Shown: positions 28,905 through 38,545, numbered from the stretch's first letter. The stretch is DNA of 64,000 nt from Mageeibacillus sp. UBA5734 (GCA_002419365.1 DIGA01000095.1:17636-81635); one strand, 5' to 3'. The notes: generated by a model from the sequence alone, not told the origin. Numbers and translations: made by a program.

Positions 28905-29041
28905 TGGACTCCTGTTTGTTTGAATGTAAATCGGTCATCGCAAACATCGTTCTGACAGATTGGCCAGTATTTGGATCCTGCATGCACAACCTTTAGGCTA
29001 GTTGCACAGCATGGGACTACTGTAGAATGCAGTTTTATAAC

Positions 29042-29099
29042 TTGCAAGATGGTTTGACAACAAGGTCAAGATTTGCAAGATTTTCCCCATGATTTGCAA
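29042..29099 (+). promoter_or_regulatory. Three direct TTGCAA(GAT) repeats in the AraC/TRAP divergent promoter region; candidate AraC operator
   Basis: TTGCAAGAT at 29042 and 29073, and TTGCAA at 29094 (spacings 31 and 21 nt). TTGACA sits at 29054. The last repeat is about 77 nt upstream of the dctP start. Confidence 0.35.
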
Positions 29100-29175
29100 C
29101 GACTCTACTAAGCTCGCTGACTAGAATCGAAAGCATCACAGCCATCTGAGCCCAACGAGGAGGAAATCAAGGATT

Positions 29176-30276
29176 ATGTTGAACAGGAAAATCCCAGCTT
29201 TGATTCTGGCTCTCACACTGGCGACGCTCTCCCTCGCCGGTTGTGCCGAAGCAAAAGCAAGTGAAGCAACAACGGCCAGCACAACCACCGCCACCGCTGC
29301 ATCAGCCACACCTGCCCAAACATCCTCAGCCGGTAAATTCAATCTCGATGATGTCCGCGAACGTGAAATCTCACTGGTGGATCGCATGGGCGAAGCACAT
29401 ATCATGGGCAAAACCCAGCTCGCTTTCGGTGAGGCCCTCAAGGAACTGAGCGACGGCAAGATCACGTATGTCAGTTACCTGAGTGGTGAAATTGACACGG
29501 GTGCCACCCATGTCCGCGATATGTTTGGATCCGGCTTGATCGGTTCAGCGCGGGCGCAGCTCGAATTGATGGGCTATTACGGGTATGAAAAGGGCGCAGT
29601 CTTTGGTCTGCCCTACCTCTTTGCAGATCGTGACCATTTCTGGAAATTTGCCGATTCGGAACTGGGGCAGCAAGTTCTCGATGATATCAATGCCCAGAAC
29701 TGGAACCTGGTTGCCCTCGCCTATATCGAAGAAGGCGCCCGCCATTTTTTCACCACCAAAGAAATCTCTGCTTACCAAGATCTCAAAGGCAAGAAGATTC
29801 GTGTCCAGAACTCCGACATCTATGTCGCGCTCGTCGAGGCATTTGGCGCATCCGCCACGCCGATGGCCTGGGGTGAAGTCTACGGTGCGCTCTCCACAGG
29901 CGTCGTCGACGGTGCCGAAAATCCTTACACCGGCTATCAGGCCAGCCTCTTGAACGAAGTCGCGCCCTATATCCTGGAAGATGGCCATATCTTTGCCGGC
30001 AATGTCCTGGCCGTCAGCAGTACGATCTGGAACGAACTGAACGATACCGAAAAGTCTATTTTCAAGGAAGCTGCCAAAAAAGCCAGTGCCTATAACCACC
30101 AGCAAGTTGCTGCTGACGAAGCAGCCATCAAGAAAGACCTGCTTGCCAAGAGCGTCAAGATCATCGAACTGAGCGATGCTGACAAAGATGCCATCTACCA
30201 AATGGTCCAGCCCCTCTACAAGAAGTTTGCTGCCAGCCAGAACGAGCTGGTGGACCAGATTCGCAGCCTGCGCTGA
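29176..30276 (+). CDS. dctP: TRAP transporter solute-binding lipoprotein (DctP family)
   Basis: LATLSLAGC lipobox with an Ala/Thr tether, then a DctP-type fold (KIRVQNSDIYVALVEAFGASATPMAWGEVY). Confidence 0.88.
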   Translation: MLNRKIPALILALTLATLSLAGCAEAKASEATTASTTTATAASATPAQTSSAGKFNLDDVREREISLVDRMGEAHIMGKTQLAFGEALKELSDGKITYVSYLSGEIDTGATHVRDMFGSGLIGSARAQLELMGYYGYEKGAVFGLPYLFADRDHFWKFADSELGQQVLDDINAQNWNLVALAYIEEGARHFFTTKEISAYQDLKGKKIRVQNSDIYVALVEAFGASATPMAWGEVYGALSTGVVDGAENPYTGYQASLLNEVAPYILEDGHIFAGNVLAVSSTIWNELNDTEKSIFKEAAKKASAYNHQQVAADEAAIKKDLLAKSVKIIELSDADKDAIYQMVQPLYKKFAASQNELVDQIRSLR

Positions 30277-30305
30277 CAGTTGACGGATAGATCCTTTCGT
30301 TTGTT

Positions 30306-30336
30306 GGAGCCTTGCTGGCCTGTCTGGCAAGGCTCC
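30306..30336 (+). promoter_or_regulatory. Intercistronic stem-loop after dctP
   Basis: ggagccttgc-N11-gcaaggctcc forms a perfect 10-bp stem with no U-tract. Confidence 0.45.
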
Positions 30337-30365
30337 TGACAATCAACAGGCAAGGAGACTCAAAC

Positions 30366-30866
30366 ATGTTCATCGATAAAACAATCGACAGGTTGTTCAA
30401 GATCGTCAACCTGGTCAGCCGCATCCTGCTAATGATCATCTTTATCGTCATGTGGATCGTCATTTTCGGCCGATACCTGCTGAAAATCACACCGGTCTGG
30501 GGTGAGGAGCTGGTCCTGTTTTCCCTGCTCTGGCTGGGCCTGTTGAGTGGTGCCGAGGCGTTGCGCAGTGACTTGCATATCAAGATCACCATGATCGATC
30601 GTCTAGTGTCAAAAAAATTCCTGGCCGTCCAGGATGTCATCTATGATCTTCTCATCATCGTTGTTTCCAGCCTGGTCCTTTATCATGGTGTTCTGGCCAC
30701 TGTTCAAGTCATGGATGTGCGCTACATGGGTCTGAAATTCTCGGAGTCCTTTGCCTATGCTGCCATTCCTGTCGGCTTTGCCCTTTTCCTGATCGCCAAG
30801 TTTGAAAAATACTACAAGAAGTTCACCCGTCATCAAGCTGTGCAACTTCAGGAGGAACAGCCATGA
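30366..30866 (+). CDS. dctQ: TRAP transporter small permease (DctQ family)
   Basis: Start set at ATG 30366 behind AGGAGA. 4 TM. The stop overlaps the dctM start (ATGA). Confidence 0.85.
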   Translation: MFIDKTIDRLFKIVNLVSRILLMIIFIVMWIVIFGRYLLKITPVWGEELVLFSLLWLGLLSGAEALRSDLHIKITMIDRLVSKKFLAVQDVIYDLLIIVVSSLVLYHGVLATVQVMDVRYMGLKFSESFAYAAIPVGFALFLIAKFEKYYKKFTRHQAVQLQEEQP

Positions 30867-32158
30867 GCACCCAAGAGATCGGTATCATCATCCTGCTGGG
30901 GGTCTTTCTGGTCCTGCTGTTCATGCGGATGGAGATCATGTTCTCCATCTTGATTTCCAGTGTTGTCACCATGCTCTACCTGGGTATCCCGCTGTCGGTT
31001 GTCATCACCCGCAGTGTAGCCACCATCCGCTCCTATGGCATGCTGGCCATCCCACATTTCATCATCGCTGGCGAAGTCCTGTCAGATGGCAGTCTTTCCC
31101 GGAAAATCATCGAATTTGTCGAGTCGCTGGTCGGTTGGATCCGCGGCGGACTGGCCATGGTCAATGTCGCAGCCAGCACATTTTTCGGTGGCATTTCCGG
31201 CTCGCCGCTGGCTGACATCTCATCGCTTGGTACCGTCCTGATTCCCATGATGAAAAAGCAGGGCTATGACGAGGAATTTGCGACGAACATCACAATTACC
31301 AGTGCCCAGCAGGGACTGATGATCCCACCCAGCCACAACATGATCATCTATGCCATGGCTGCCGGTGGTGTTGCCTCTGTCAGTAAACTGTTCCTGGCTG
31401 GCATTGTCCCTGGCATCCTGCTTGCGATCGTCCTGATGATCTATTCCTACTATTGTGCCGTGAAGCGGGGCTATCCCAAGGGCGAACCGTTCAACTTCAT
31501 CCGGCTGGTCAAAACCTTCTTTTCATCGTTCTGGGGCTTGATGACGCTGGTGATCATCATCCTGGGCGCGACGACAGGTGTTTTCACAGCAACGGAATCC
31601 GCTGCCATTGCCATTCTCTGGGCTTTGATCGTGACCAAATTCATCTACAAAGACATGACTGCCAAACGCCTCTGGGATCTGATCGGCCGCAGTGTCATCA
31701 CCGTATCCCGATTGCTGATCGTGATGGGCATCGCTTCCAGTTTTGGTTTTGTCGTCGCCTTCCTGCGCGTTCCCCAGACCTTGGCCAGCCTGATCTACAC
31801 GCTGACCGACAACCCGATCCTGATCCTTCTGATTATCAACGGGATTTTGATTCTCCTTGGCATGATCATGGACATGGGTTCCATCCTGATCATCACGACC
31901 CCCATTTTTCTGCCGATTGCCATGAGCATTGGCGTGGACCCGGTCCATTTTGGCATTATCATGATCTTCAACTTGGCGATTGGCATGCTGACGCCACCGG
32001 TTGGTGGCGCCTTGATGGTTGGGCACCTGATTTCCGGGGTCAAAATGGAGCGACTGATTGTCACCCTGATTCCCTTTTTCATCATCATGCTCTTGACCCT
32101 GCTGGTCGTCACCTTTTTCCCGCCGCTGGTCATGACCCTGCCCAATCTGATCAAATAA
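30863..32158 (+). CDS. dctM: TRAP transporter large permease (DctM family)
   Basis: 431 aa and highly hydrophobic, with a DctM-type pattern (FFGGISGSPLADISSLG). Confidence 0.9.
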   Translation: MSTQEIGIIILLGVFLVLLFMRMEIMFSILISSVVTMLYLGIPLSVVITRSVATIRSYGMLAIPHFIIAGEVLSDGSLSRKIIEFVESLVGWIRGGLAMVNVAASTFFGGISGSPLADISSLGTVLIPMMKKQGYDEEFATNITITSAQQGLMIPPSHNMIIYAMAAGGVASVSKLFLAGIVPGILLAIVLMIYSYYCAVKRGYPKGEPFNFIRLVKTFFSSFWGLMTLVIIILGATTGVFTATESAAIAILWALIVTKFIYKDMTAKRLWDLIGRSVITVSRLLIVMGIASSFGFVVAFLRVPQTLASLIYTLTDNPILILLIINGILILLGMIMDMGSILIITTPIFLPIAMSIGVDPVHFGIIMIFNLAIGMLTPPVGGALMVGHLISGVKMERLIVTLIPFFIIMLLTLLVVTFFPPLVMTLPNLIK

Positions 32159-32176
32159 TCTCACCAGGAGCCCTGC

Positions 32177-33088
32177 ATGACTATGAAAATCGACATCCAT
32201 TTGCATATGGCTTACAGCAACACGTCCTGCAAGCAGGTTGGACCTGACGCTCAGGTCCTTGCTGATGCAAAATCCATGCGCAATTACCTGCTAGCTAACA
32301 GTTTCAGTCATGGCATTGTCTTGTCAACAGATGAATTTGCTACACGCTGCGGTAACAACATGGATTCCTGCGCCATCGCCCATCAATACCCTGAAACCTT
32401 TTCCTGGCTTTGCAGCATCGATCCTTCACCGCTGACCAGCGAAACGATTGGCCATACCATTGAGCAACGCCTGCAATTCTATAAGAACCTTGGCGCCAGA
32501 GGCATCGGCGAGTTCATTTTCAACCAGAGGCTGGACCATCCAGATGTTGAAGCAGTTCTGGCAGCCTGTGAAAAGCTGGAACTGCCCTTTCTGTTTCATA
32601 TGAGTCCCCAAGTCGGATACAATTACGGTCTGGTGGACGAACCCGGCCTGCCATTACTGGCAAAAGCCCTGGCCCGCTACCCTGCATTGACCCTGATTGG
32701 TCATTCCCAGCCATTCTGGTATGAAATCGGCGGTGAAATGCCAGGAGATTTTCATTCGCGCAACCAATACCCGGTCGGACCGGTGAAACCTGGTGGCTGT
32801 CTGCCTGATCTGTTCAGGCGTTATCGAAATCTGTATGGGGATCTTTCCGCCCACAGTGGCGGTAATGCCATCATGCGCGACCCGGATTTCGGGTATGCTT
32901 TCCTGGAAGAATTCCAGGACCAGCTGATGTTTGGTTCCGATCGTGTCAATCCAACCATGCAGTTCCCGCTGGCGGAATTCATCTACAACGCCGTGAAAAA
33001 AGGCCGGATCAGCCGGACTGCTTATGATAAAATCTTTTACCGGAATGCCATCCGGGTCTTCCGGCTGGACCACCTCATCAACAGCTAG
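32177..33088 (+). CDS. Amidohydrolase_2-type metal-dependent TIM-barrel hydrolase (lactonase/decarboxylase family)
   Basis: KIDIHLHM N-terminal metal motif and a late MFGSDR motif. AGGAG RBS. Last gene of TRAP operon 1. Confidence 0.7.
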   Translation: MTMKIDIHLHMAYSNTSCKQVGPDAQVLADAKSMRNYLLANSFSHGIVLSTDEFATRCGNNMDSCAIAHQYPETFSWLCSIDPSPLTSETIGHTIEQRLQFYKNLGARGIGEFIFNQRLDHPDVEAVLAACEKLELPFLFHMSPQVGYNYGLVDEPGLPLLAKALARYPALTLIGHSQPFWYEIGGEMPGDFHSRNQYPVGPVKPGGCLPDLFRRYRNLYGDLSAHSGGNAIMRDPDFGYAFLEEFQDQLMFGSDRVNPTMQFPLAEFIYNAVKKGRISRTAYDKIFYRNAIRVFRLDHLINS

Positions 33089-33094
33089 TCCTGC

Positions 33095-33967
33095 CTAGCC
33101 CATTTCAATCCAGCATTCAGCGTGCCAGGTTTCACCTGGCAATAGTTGCAGGGCTGTGCCGGCACTCACATCCGCAGCGGTGCCACTCCAGGGCTCCACA
33201 CACAGGTATTTGTCATATCGGTTGGACCAGATCACAACCGTTGAAAAGCTTGAATCGAACCCCATCGTGATCTGCCGGGAACCTTGAGTCATCACCACTG
33301 GACTTCTAACCCCCTGGCAAAAGATACCGCCTTCCGGACCTTGCGCCGGTAAGGATAATAGGCTATCCAGCACAGGCCTCTCTGCCGGGATCGGACTGGC
33401 CGGGCCAAAATAGCGTGCTGCAGACATCTTCAGGTCCATTTGAGCCGCCGCTGCATTTTCCACTATGAAGTACGGGTGAAATCCATAGACAAACGGCATC
33501 GCCTCTGTCCCTGTGTTGGCATAGGCTTGCCTGACCCTAAGGCGTCGGCCCTGGAGACGGTAGCGGAAGGTCAGTTCAAAGGCAAACGGAAAAGCCGTCA
33601 GAGACTTTTCATTGGCAGCCAGCTGCAGCACCGCTTCCGCGCCATCTGCAGCTGACGTTGCAACCAGTTCCCAGGGTAAAAGATGCGCTACACCATGGAT
33701 GCCTATGGTGTAGCGCTTTTGGTTCCAGGTAAAGGTATCGTTTGGCAGAGGGCCGCAGATCGGGAAAAGCACGGGCATGGCACAGCGCGGTCGCTCGTCT
33801 GACAGCAGGTTTTCAGGATCACCATAGAGGTATTCGCGCCCTTGGAGCTGAAGTCCTGTCAACATCCCGCCCCGGGAGGGTGTCAGGATAGCCTGGCTTT
33901 TGGCCACATCATCCTGGAGCACAACCTGCAGGCGGTCGCCAGCATGATCCTGAGTCACTTTGTACAC
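33095..33967 (-). CDS. Aldose 1-epimerase (mutarotase)-family protein
   Basis: 290 aa, with a beta-sandwich mutarotase-like pattern (GGMLTGLQLQGREYLY...VLFPICG...HGVAHLLPWE...GFHPYF). Confidence 0.6.
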   Translation of the reverse strand: MYKVTQDHAGDRLQVVLQDDVAKSQAILTPSRGGMLTGLQLQGREYLYGDPENLLSDERPRCAMPVLFPICGPLPNDTFTWNQKRYTIGIHGVAHLLPWELVATSAADGAEAVLQLAANEKSLTAFPFAFELTFRYRLQGRRLRVRQAYANTGTEAMPFVYGFHPYFIVENAAAAQMDLKMSAARYFGPASPIPAERPVLDSLLSLPAQGPEGGIFCQGVRSPVVMTQGSRQITMGFDSSFSTVVIWSNRYDKYLCVEPWSGTAADVSAGTALQLLPGETWHAECWIEMG

Positions 33968-33989
33968 CAGAAATACCCCTCCCCCTGGT

Positions 33990-35177
33990 TCAGATCACCT
34001 GACGCCCTGATAAGAAGACTGCCTGGGTCCTGATCGCATCATCCAGCAGCACCAGATCCGCATCCGCGCCGATCACCAATTCACCTTTACGCCCGGAAAG
34101 GCCCAGGTGGTGAGCAGGATTTCTGGTGAGCATCCGAACGGCTGCCCACAAAGGCTGGCCCGCTTGCTGGCAGACCGTACGTACCAGTCGATCACCTGAA
34201 GCAATGCTGCCAGCAAAAAACTTGCGGTCAGGAGATTTGGATACACCATCTTCAAGGATGATCTTCATCGTTTTGCCAAAAATTTCCATCTCATACTCAC
34301 CGTCCGGGTAACCGGCCAAGGAGGTCGCATCCGATACGAGCATCAATCGGTCATAGCCAATGCACTTGACGGCCAGGCTGATCAGCTCAGGTGGCAGATG
34401 GCAGCCATCCGCGATGATTTCCACATCCAGGTCATCCAGGAGCAAGGCAGCCTCCACGACGCCTCCTCTGCGGAAACCACCTTGCCGAGTGACTGTGGAC
34501 ATCACGCTGTATAAATGGATCACACTGGAAAATCCGGCCAGCTTGGCTGCCTTTACTTCCGTAAAAGTGGCCTGGCTATGGCCAATGCAGGGAATGATGC
34601 CCAGTTTTCGGATCGCGCGGCCGAATTCCAGGACACCTGGCAGCTCTGGAGCCGCCATCCAGCGCACAATTGTGCCTTCGGCAGCGGTCACAATGGCCTG
34701 GTAGAGAGCTGGGTCAGCTTTTGCGAATTCCGATTCCGTGGCCAGTTCTTTGCCTTTGGCTGGGTCATCCGCCATGTAGGGGCCTTCTAGGAAAAAACCC
34801 AGGAAATGGGGCAGGTTTTCGCGCCCGGCCATGCCTCGCACCGCGGCAACATGCTGCTTCATCTCATCGGCTGAATGGACAATCGGGGTCGGGGTCAGGG
34901 AGGTGACACCGTGCTCGAGGTGCATCCGGAACCCTTTTGCATAATCCTCGGCAACTGGATTCATGAAACTGCCACCGCCACCACCATGGGCATGGACATC
35001 GATGAAGCCTGGTGCCAGATAGTGACCTGAGCAATCGATCTTCTCAGCATTCGTGACCTTGGGCGCATCTGGTTCCAAACCCAGCCAGGAGATTTTTCCA
35101 GCATCGACCAGCAAAGCACCGTTTGCCAGCAGTTGATCCGGTAAAACCAGGGTACAGTTGTGAAAAAATTTGGTCAT
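33990..35177 (-). CDS. N-acetylglucosamine-6-phosphate deacetylase (NagA)-like amidohydrolase
   Basis: FIDVHAHGGGGGSF and GADADLVLLD motifs. Start moved to ATG 35177 (MTKFFHNCTL) behind GGAGG. Confidence 0.7.
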   Translation of the reverse strand: MTKFFHNCTLVLPDQLLANGALLVDAGKISWLGLEPDAPKVTNAEKIDCSGHYLAPGFIDVHAHGGGGGSFMNPVAEDYAKGFRMHLEHGVTSLTPTPIVHSADEMKQHVAAVRGMAGRENLPHFLGFFLEGPYMADDPAKGKELATESEFAKADPALYQAIVTAAEGTIVRWMAAPELPGVLEFGRAIRKLGIIPCIGHSQATFTEVKAAKLAGFSSVIHLYSVMSTVTRQGGFRRGGVVEAALLLDDLDVEIIADGCHLPPELISLAVKCIGYDRLMLVSDATSLAGYPDGEYEMEIFGKTMKIILEDGVSKSPDRKFFAGSIASGDRLVRTVCQQAGQPLWAAVRMLTRNPAHHLGLSGRKGELVIGADADLVLLDDAIRTQAVFLSGRQVI

Positions 35178-35199
35178 ACACACACCTCCGGGCATTTCA

Positions 35200-36507
35200 T
35201 CAGGAAATAGCGCCTACCAGTCTGGGAATGAACAGACTGATCTCCGGGAAAAGAAGCAGGATGATCGTACAAGCCACCATGGCCAGCACAAAGGGCATCA
35301 AGTCCTTGATCGTTTTTTCGGCCCTGACCTGAGCGATGTTACAGCCAAGGATGATGGCATTGCCAACAGGCGGTGTCACCAGGCCAATCGCCATGGCCAG
35401 TATGAAAACGATGCCAATATGGTATGGGTTGTAACCCAGGTTCATGGCCATCGGCACCAAAACAGGGGTCAACATCATCAAAAGCAGTCCCATGTCGATA
35501 AAGAGGCCCATGGCGACAATGGCCAGGATGATCAACGTCATCAGGACGGTCCCATTGTCCGTCATGGCCATCAGCATCTGTGTCAGTTTCAGAGGCGCCT
35601 TCAGGAAAGAAAGGACATAGCGGAAGGCGAACGAGGTCGCAATCGCCAGCATGATCATCGTCATGTTGTCGACAGCTTGCGCCATGCTGCGCCAGAACTG
35701 CCTCAGCCCCATGTTCTTGTATATGAAAACCGTGACAAAGAGCGAATAGACAGCCGCAATCGCAGCCGCTTCAGTTGCAGACGCGACACCCTGGGTCGTG
35801 CTGTAAATGATGATGACCATGGCGAACAAGCCAAACAAGGCGTCCTTGACGATCCGAAGATTTTCCTTCAGGCTCTTTTTTTCACTGTAGGGGTATTTGC
35901 GTTTGACCGCGATCCAGATCGTCGGGATTAAAAGCGCCACACCCAGCAGGATGCCCGGCAGATAGCCCGCGAGGAACATGGTCGTAATCGATAATCCGGC
36001 ATTCGCATATATGACAAAGAAGATCATGTTCTGGCTCGGCGGAATGATGACACCTTGCACCGAGGAGGTCACGGTGACCGCAACAGAATATTCCGGATCA
36101 TAGCCTTCTTTTTTCATGGCTGGAATGATCATGGCCCCAATGGATGAGACATCGGCAACCGAAGATCCCGAAATCCCGCCAAAGAGCATGCTGACCAGGA
36201 CATTGACGATCGCGGTCCCGCCACGCAAACGGCCCACCAGCAACGAGCTGAACTGGACCAGACGCGTCGAAATATGGCCGTCGGACATGATCTGGCCCAT
36301 GATCATGAAAAAGGGCACGGCCATGAATGTGAAGGTGTTCAGGCCGGAAGCTGCTGCCGAGAACAGATTGTAAAGCGGGATATCCAGATACAGGGCGGTG
36401 ATCAGGGAAGCACCACCCAGGGCAAACGCAACCGGAATCCGGATGATAATGAAAAAAATAATGCTTCCAAAAAGCAGTGCCAGGGCTATCAATTCATTCG
36501 CCGACAT
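35200..36507 (-). CDS. dctM: TRAP transporter large permease (DctM family), second system
   Basis: Start moved to ATG 36507 behind AAGGAGA. Contains LFGGISGSSVADVSSIG. Confidence 0.9.
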   Translation of the reverse strand: MSANELIALALLFGSIIFFIIIRIPVAFALGGASLITALYLDIPLYNLFSAAASGLNTFTFMAVPFFMIMGQIMSDGHISTRLVQFSSLLVGRLRGGTAIVNVLVSMLFGGISGSSVADVSSIGAMIIPAMKKEGYDPEYSVAVTVTSSVQGVIIPPSQNMIFFVIYANAGLSITTMFLAGYLPGILLGVALLIPTIWIAVKRKYPYSEKKSLKENLRIVKDALFGLFAMVIIIYSTTQGVASATEAAAIAAVYSLFVTVFIYKNMGLRQFWRSMAQAVDNMTMIMLAIATSFAFRYVLSFLKAPLKLTQMLMAMTDNGTVLMTLIILAIVAMGLFIDMGLLLMMLTPVLVPMAMNLGYNPYHIGIVFILAMAIGLVTPPVGNAIILGCNIAQVRAEKTIKDLMPFVLAMVACTIILLLFPEISLFIPRLVGAIS

Positions 36508-37015
36508 GGATGATTCTCCTTGTCTTCTTTTCATCTTTGACAAAAACGCCAATCAAGTTGATGATGCAAAAGAGCGTGCTCATTCCGGCGCCAAAAATGA
36601 CTGGAATGTACCGAAGTCCCTGACTCCAGCCACTGGCGGCCATCGGCTTGTTCCAATACTGGTTCATCAATTTGACTCCAAAATACGCCAGGATGACCAG
36701 AAACACGCCCTGGAGCAGATAGCGGAAGACGTCCATGGCCTTTTGTAGTCCAGGCGACATTTTTTCATAAACCGAACCGATATAGAAATGGTCGTCTTTC
36801 CAAGTGTTGAACACGATTGAAGGGTATGCAAACCAGCCCAGCAGGAGCAAGACGATTTCATCCGACCAGCTCCAGGGATCATTAAACGCATACCGCTTGA
36901 TGACTTGGACAAAGGACACAGCCAGCATGAGCAGCATCACGGAAATGCAATACCCCTTGATCCAAACCAGCAAGACATCGACTTTGCGGCGTAAGGACAG
37001 ATATAAATGAGTCAT
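36494..37015 (-). CDS. dctQ: TRAP transporter small permease (DctQ family), second system
   Basis: 173 aa, 4 TM, overlapping the dctM start. Confidence 0.85.
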   Translation of the reverse strand: MTHLYLSLRRKVDVLLVWIKGYCISVMLLMLAVSFVQVIKRYAFNDPWSWSDEIVLLLLGWFAYPSIVFNTWKDDHFYIGSVYEKMSPGLQKAMDVFRYLLQGVFLVILAYFGVKLMNQYWNKPMAASGWSQGLRYIPVIFGAGMSTLFCIINLIGVFVKDEKKTRRIIHVGE

Positions 37016-37067
37016 CTCGTTGACGTTCCTTTCAAGAAATAAATCCTTGTTTCAGCCTGGGAACGAC

Positions 37068-37109
37068 TGAAAAATAGCCGGCGATTTACCAAAGCAAACC
37101 GCCGGCTAT
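37068..37109 (-). terminator. Stem-loop with a short U-run between dctP and dctQM (partial terminator or attenuator)
   Basis: atagccggcg-N16-cgccggctat forms a perfect 10-bp stem. The minus-strand RNA continues UUUUCAG. Confidence 0.55.
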
Positions 37110-37127
37110 CGTCATACTTGTTTTGAG

Positions 37128-38213
37128 TTATTGGATGGCGAGAATTTTATCCAGATAATCCTTGTACTGAGGGTAATTGCTGTACATAGGCTGGACGGCC
37201 TGCTGGAATTCAGTTGTATCGACCTCGATGAATTCAACACCAGCTTCGACGCATTTCTGTTTATATTCCTCGGACGCTGCATTAGAAGCTACTATCATGG
37301 CATCGATGTATTCATCCAAGGCCTTCATGAAAACTTCTTTCTGCGCATCTGTCATGGCTGAATAGCATTTTTCACTCATGATATAGACATTCGGGGAAAT
37401 CTGGTGCTTGTCATAGGTGAAGTATTTGGCTGCTTCATAATGGCCGGTCAGATAATAGCCCATCATCGGGTTCTCGGCTACATCCACAACCCCAGTCTGC
37501 AAAGCCTGGAAAACTTCGCCAAATGCCATCGGAGTCGGAACTGCACCGAGCGCTTTGATCATGTTGATAACGATCTCGGATTCCTGGACACGGACTTTCT
37601 TGCCCTTGAGGTCAGCCAGGCTGCGGATCGGTTCTTTGGAATAGAAGCTGCGGAATTCTGCATCACCGCTGGCTTTGAGGTAAGTGAGGCCCACAATATT
37701 GGCATCATGGAGTTTGCCAAGGATCTCCTGGCCCACTTCACTTTCCAGCACGCGGTTGCAATGGTCGGCATCATTGTAAAGGTAAGGCAGCGTCAGGACG
37801 CCCACATCCGGGACAGTCGCCTGGAGAGATGCCAGATTGACACGCGTGAACTCAACTGTACCCGCCTCGATCATGCCAACAACAGTGGCTTCATCACCCA
37901 GCAAGGCATCCGGGAAAAATTCAATCTGCACGGTATTATTGGTTTGCTCCGCCACCTTCTTGATGAAATCTTCAGCCAATGTTCCAATCGGCGAGTTTGC
38001 GGGCTGGTTTTCAGCGAACTGGATCTTGATCACAGGTGCATCCGCGAAAGGATCACTGGGTGTTCCTGCAGTGGAAGGGGCAGCCGTGGTTGAAGCTTCA
38101 GCAGCTGTGGTGGCCGCAGAAGTGGCAGAGGTACTCGTTTGGGCACAACCAGCGCCAGCAAGCACCAGCATGGCCAGGGACAAGCTAAAAGCAAGCAATC
38201 TCTTCTTGAACAT
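37128..38213 (-). CDS. dctP: TRAP transporter solute-binding lipoprotein (DctP family), second system
   Basis: LVLAGAGC lipobox with an Ala/Thr/Ser tether, then a DctP-type fold (KVRVQESEIVINMIKALGAVPTPMAFGEVF). Confidence 0.88.
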   Translation of the reverse strand: MFKKRLLAFSLSLAMLVLAGAGCAQTSTSATSAATTAAEASTTAAPSTAGTPSDPFADAPVIKIQFAENQPANSPIGTLAEDFIKKVAEQTNNTVQIEFFPDALLGDEATVVGMIEAGTVEFTRVNLASLQATVPDVGVLTLPYLYNDADHCNRVLESEVGQEILGKLHDANIVGLTYLKASGDAEFRSFYSKEPIRSLADLKGKKVRVQESEIVINMIKALGAVPTPMAFGEVFQALQTGVVDVAENPMMGYYLTGHYEAAKYFTYDKHQISPNVYIMSEKCYSAMTDAQKEVFMKALDEYIDAMIVASNAASEEYKQKCVEAGVEFIEVDTTEFQQAVQPMYSNYPQYKDYLDKILAIQ

Positions 38214-38400
38214 GTTCGGTCTCCTCCAAAATCTTAATCAGGTTCATCAGAAGTCAAAGTGGGATGGACATGCAGCTATCCCGCCCACTTTAACGAAGCT
38301 AATGAGGTGATTCTAATCTCCTTCACAATGGCTGTTCTTTGCAAAATAAAACCGAAATCTTGCATATCCTGACTGGATCAAAGAAATCAGCGAGCAAGGA

Positions 38401-38545
38401 TCACCGGGTCGTCGAGCCTGACCATCACTTTGTTCCTGCTCGGCGCAGGTATGGCCACTACCTTCCCTCGAGCCCTTCCAGCTCGTCAATGCCGTCATTG
38501 TCACCTTCATCTAGCTGGCACTTGTCATTTATAATCTGCCCAAGT
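38401..38545 (+). pseudogene. Degenerate fragment of a rarD-like 3-prime end (frameshift, internal ~114-nt deletion, TGG to TAG)
   Basis: 38412-38462 aligns to rarD 26927-26977 (about 88% identity). 38470-38544 aligns to 27092-27166 (60/75 identical, with the first 28 nt identical). It translates as SSLTITLFLLGAGMATT and EPFQLVNAVIVTFI*LALVIYNLPK, against rarD SSLTVTLFLLGAGVATA and EPFQLVNAVSFAFIWLALAIYSLSQ. Confidence 0.85.

Noticed and set aside
31453-32247. 264-aa + and 227-aa - ORFs (31523-32206) inside dctM, and 35170-35931 inside the second dctM
   Set aside because: These are off-frame or antisense translations with extreme His/Asp/Gly/Arg bias. The membrane-protein frame is clearly the real one.
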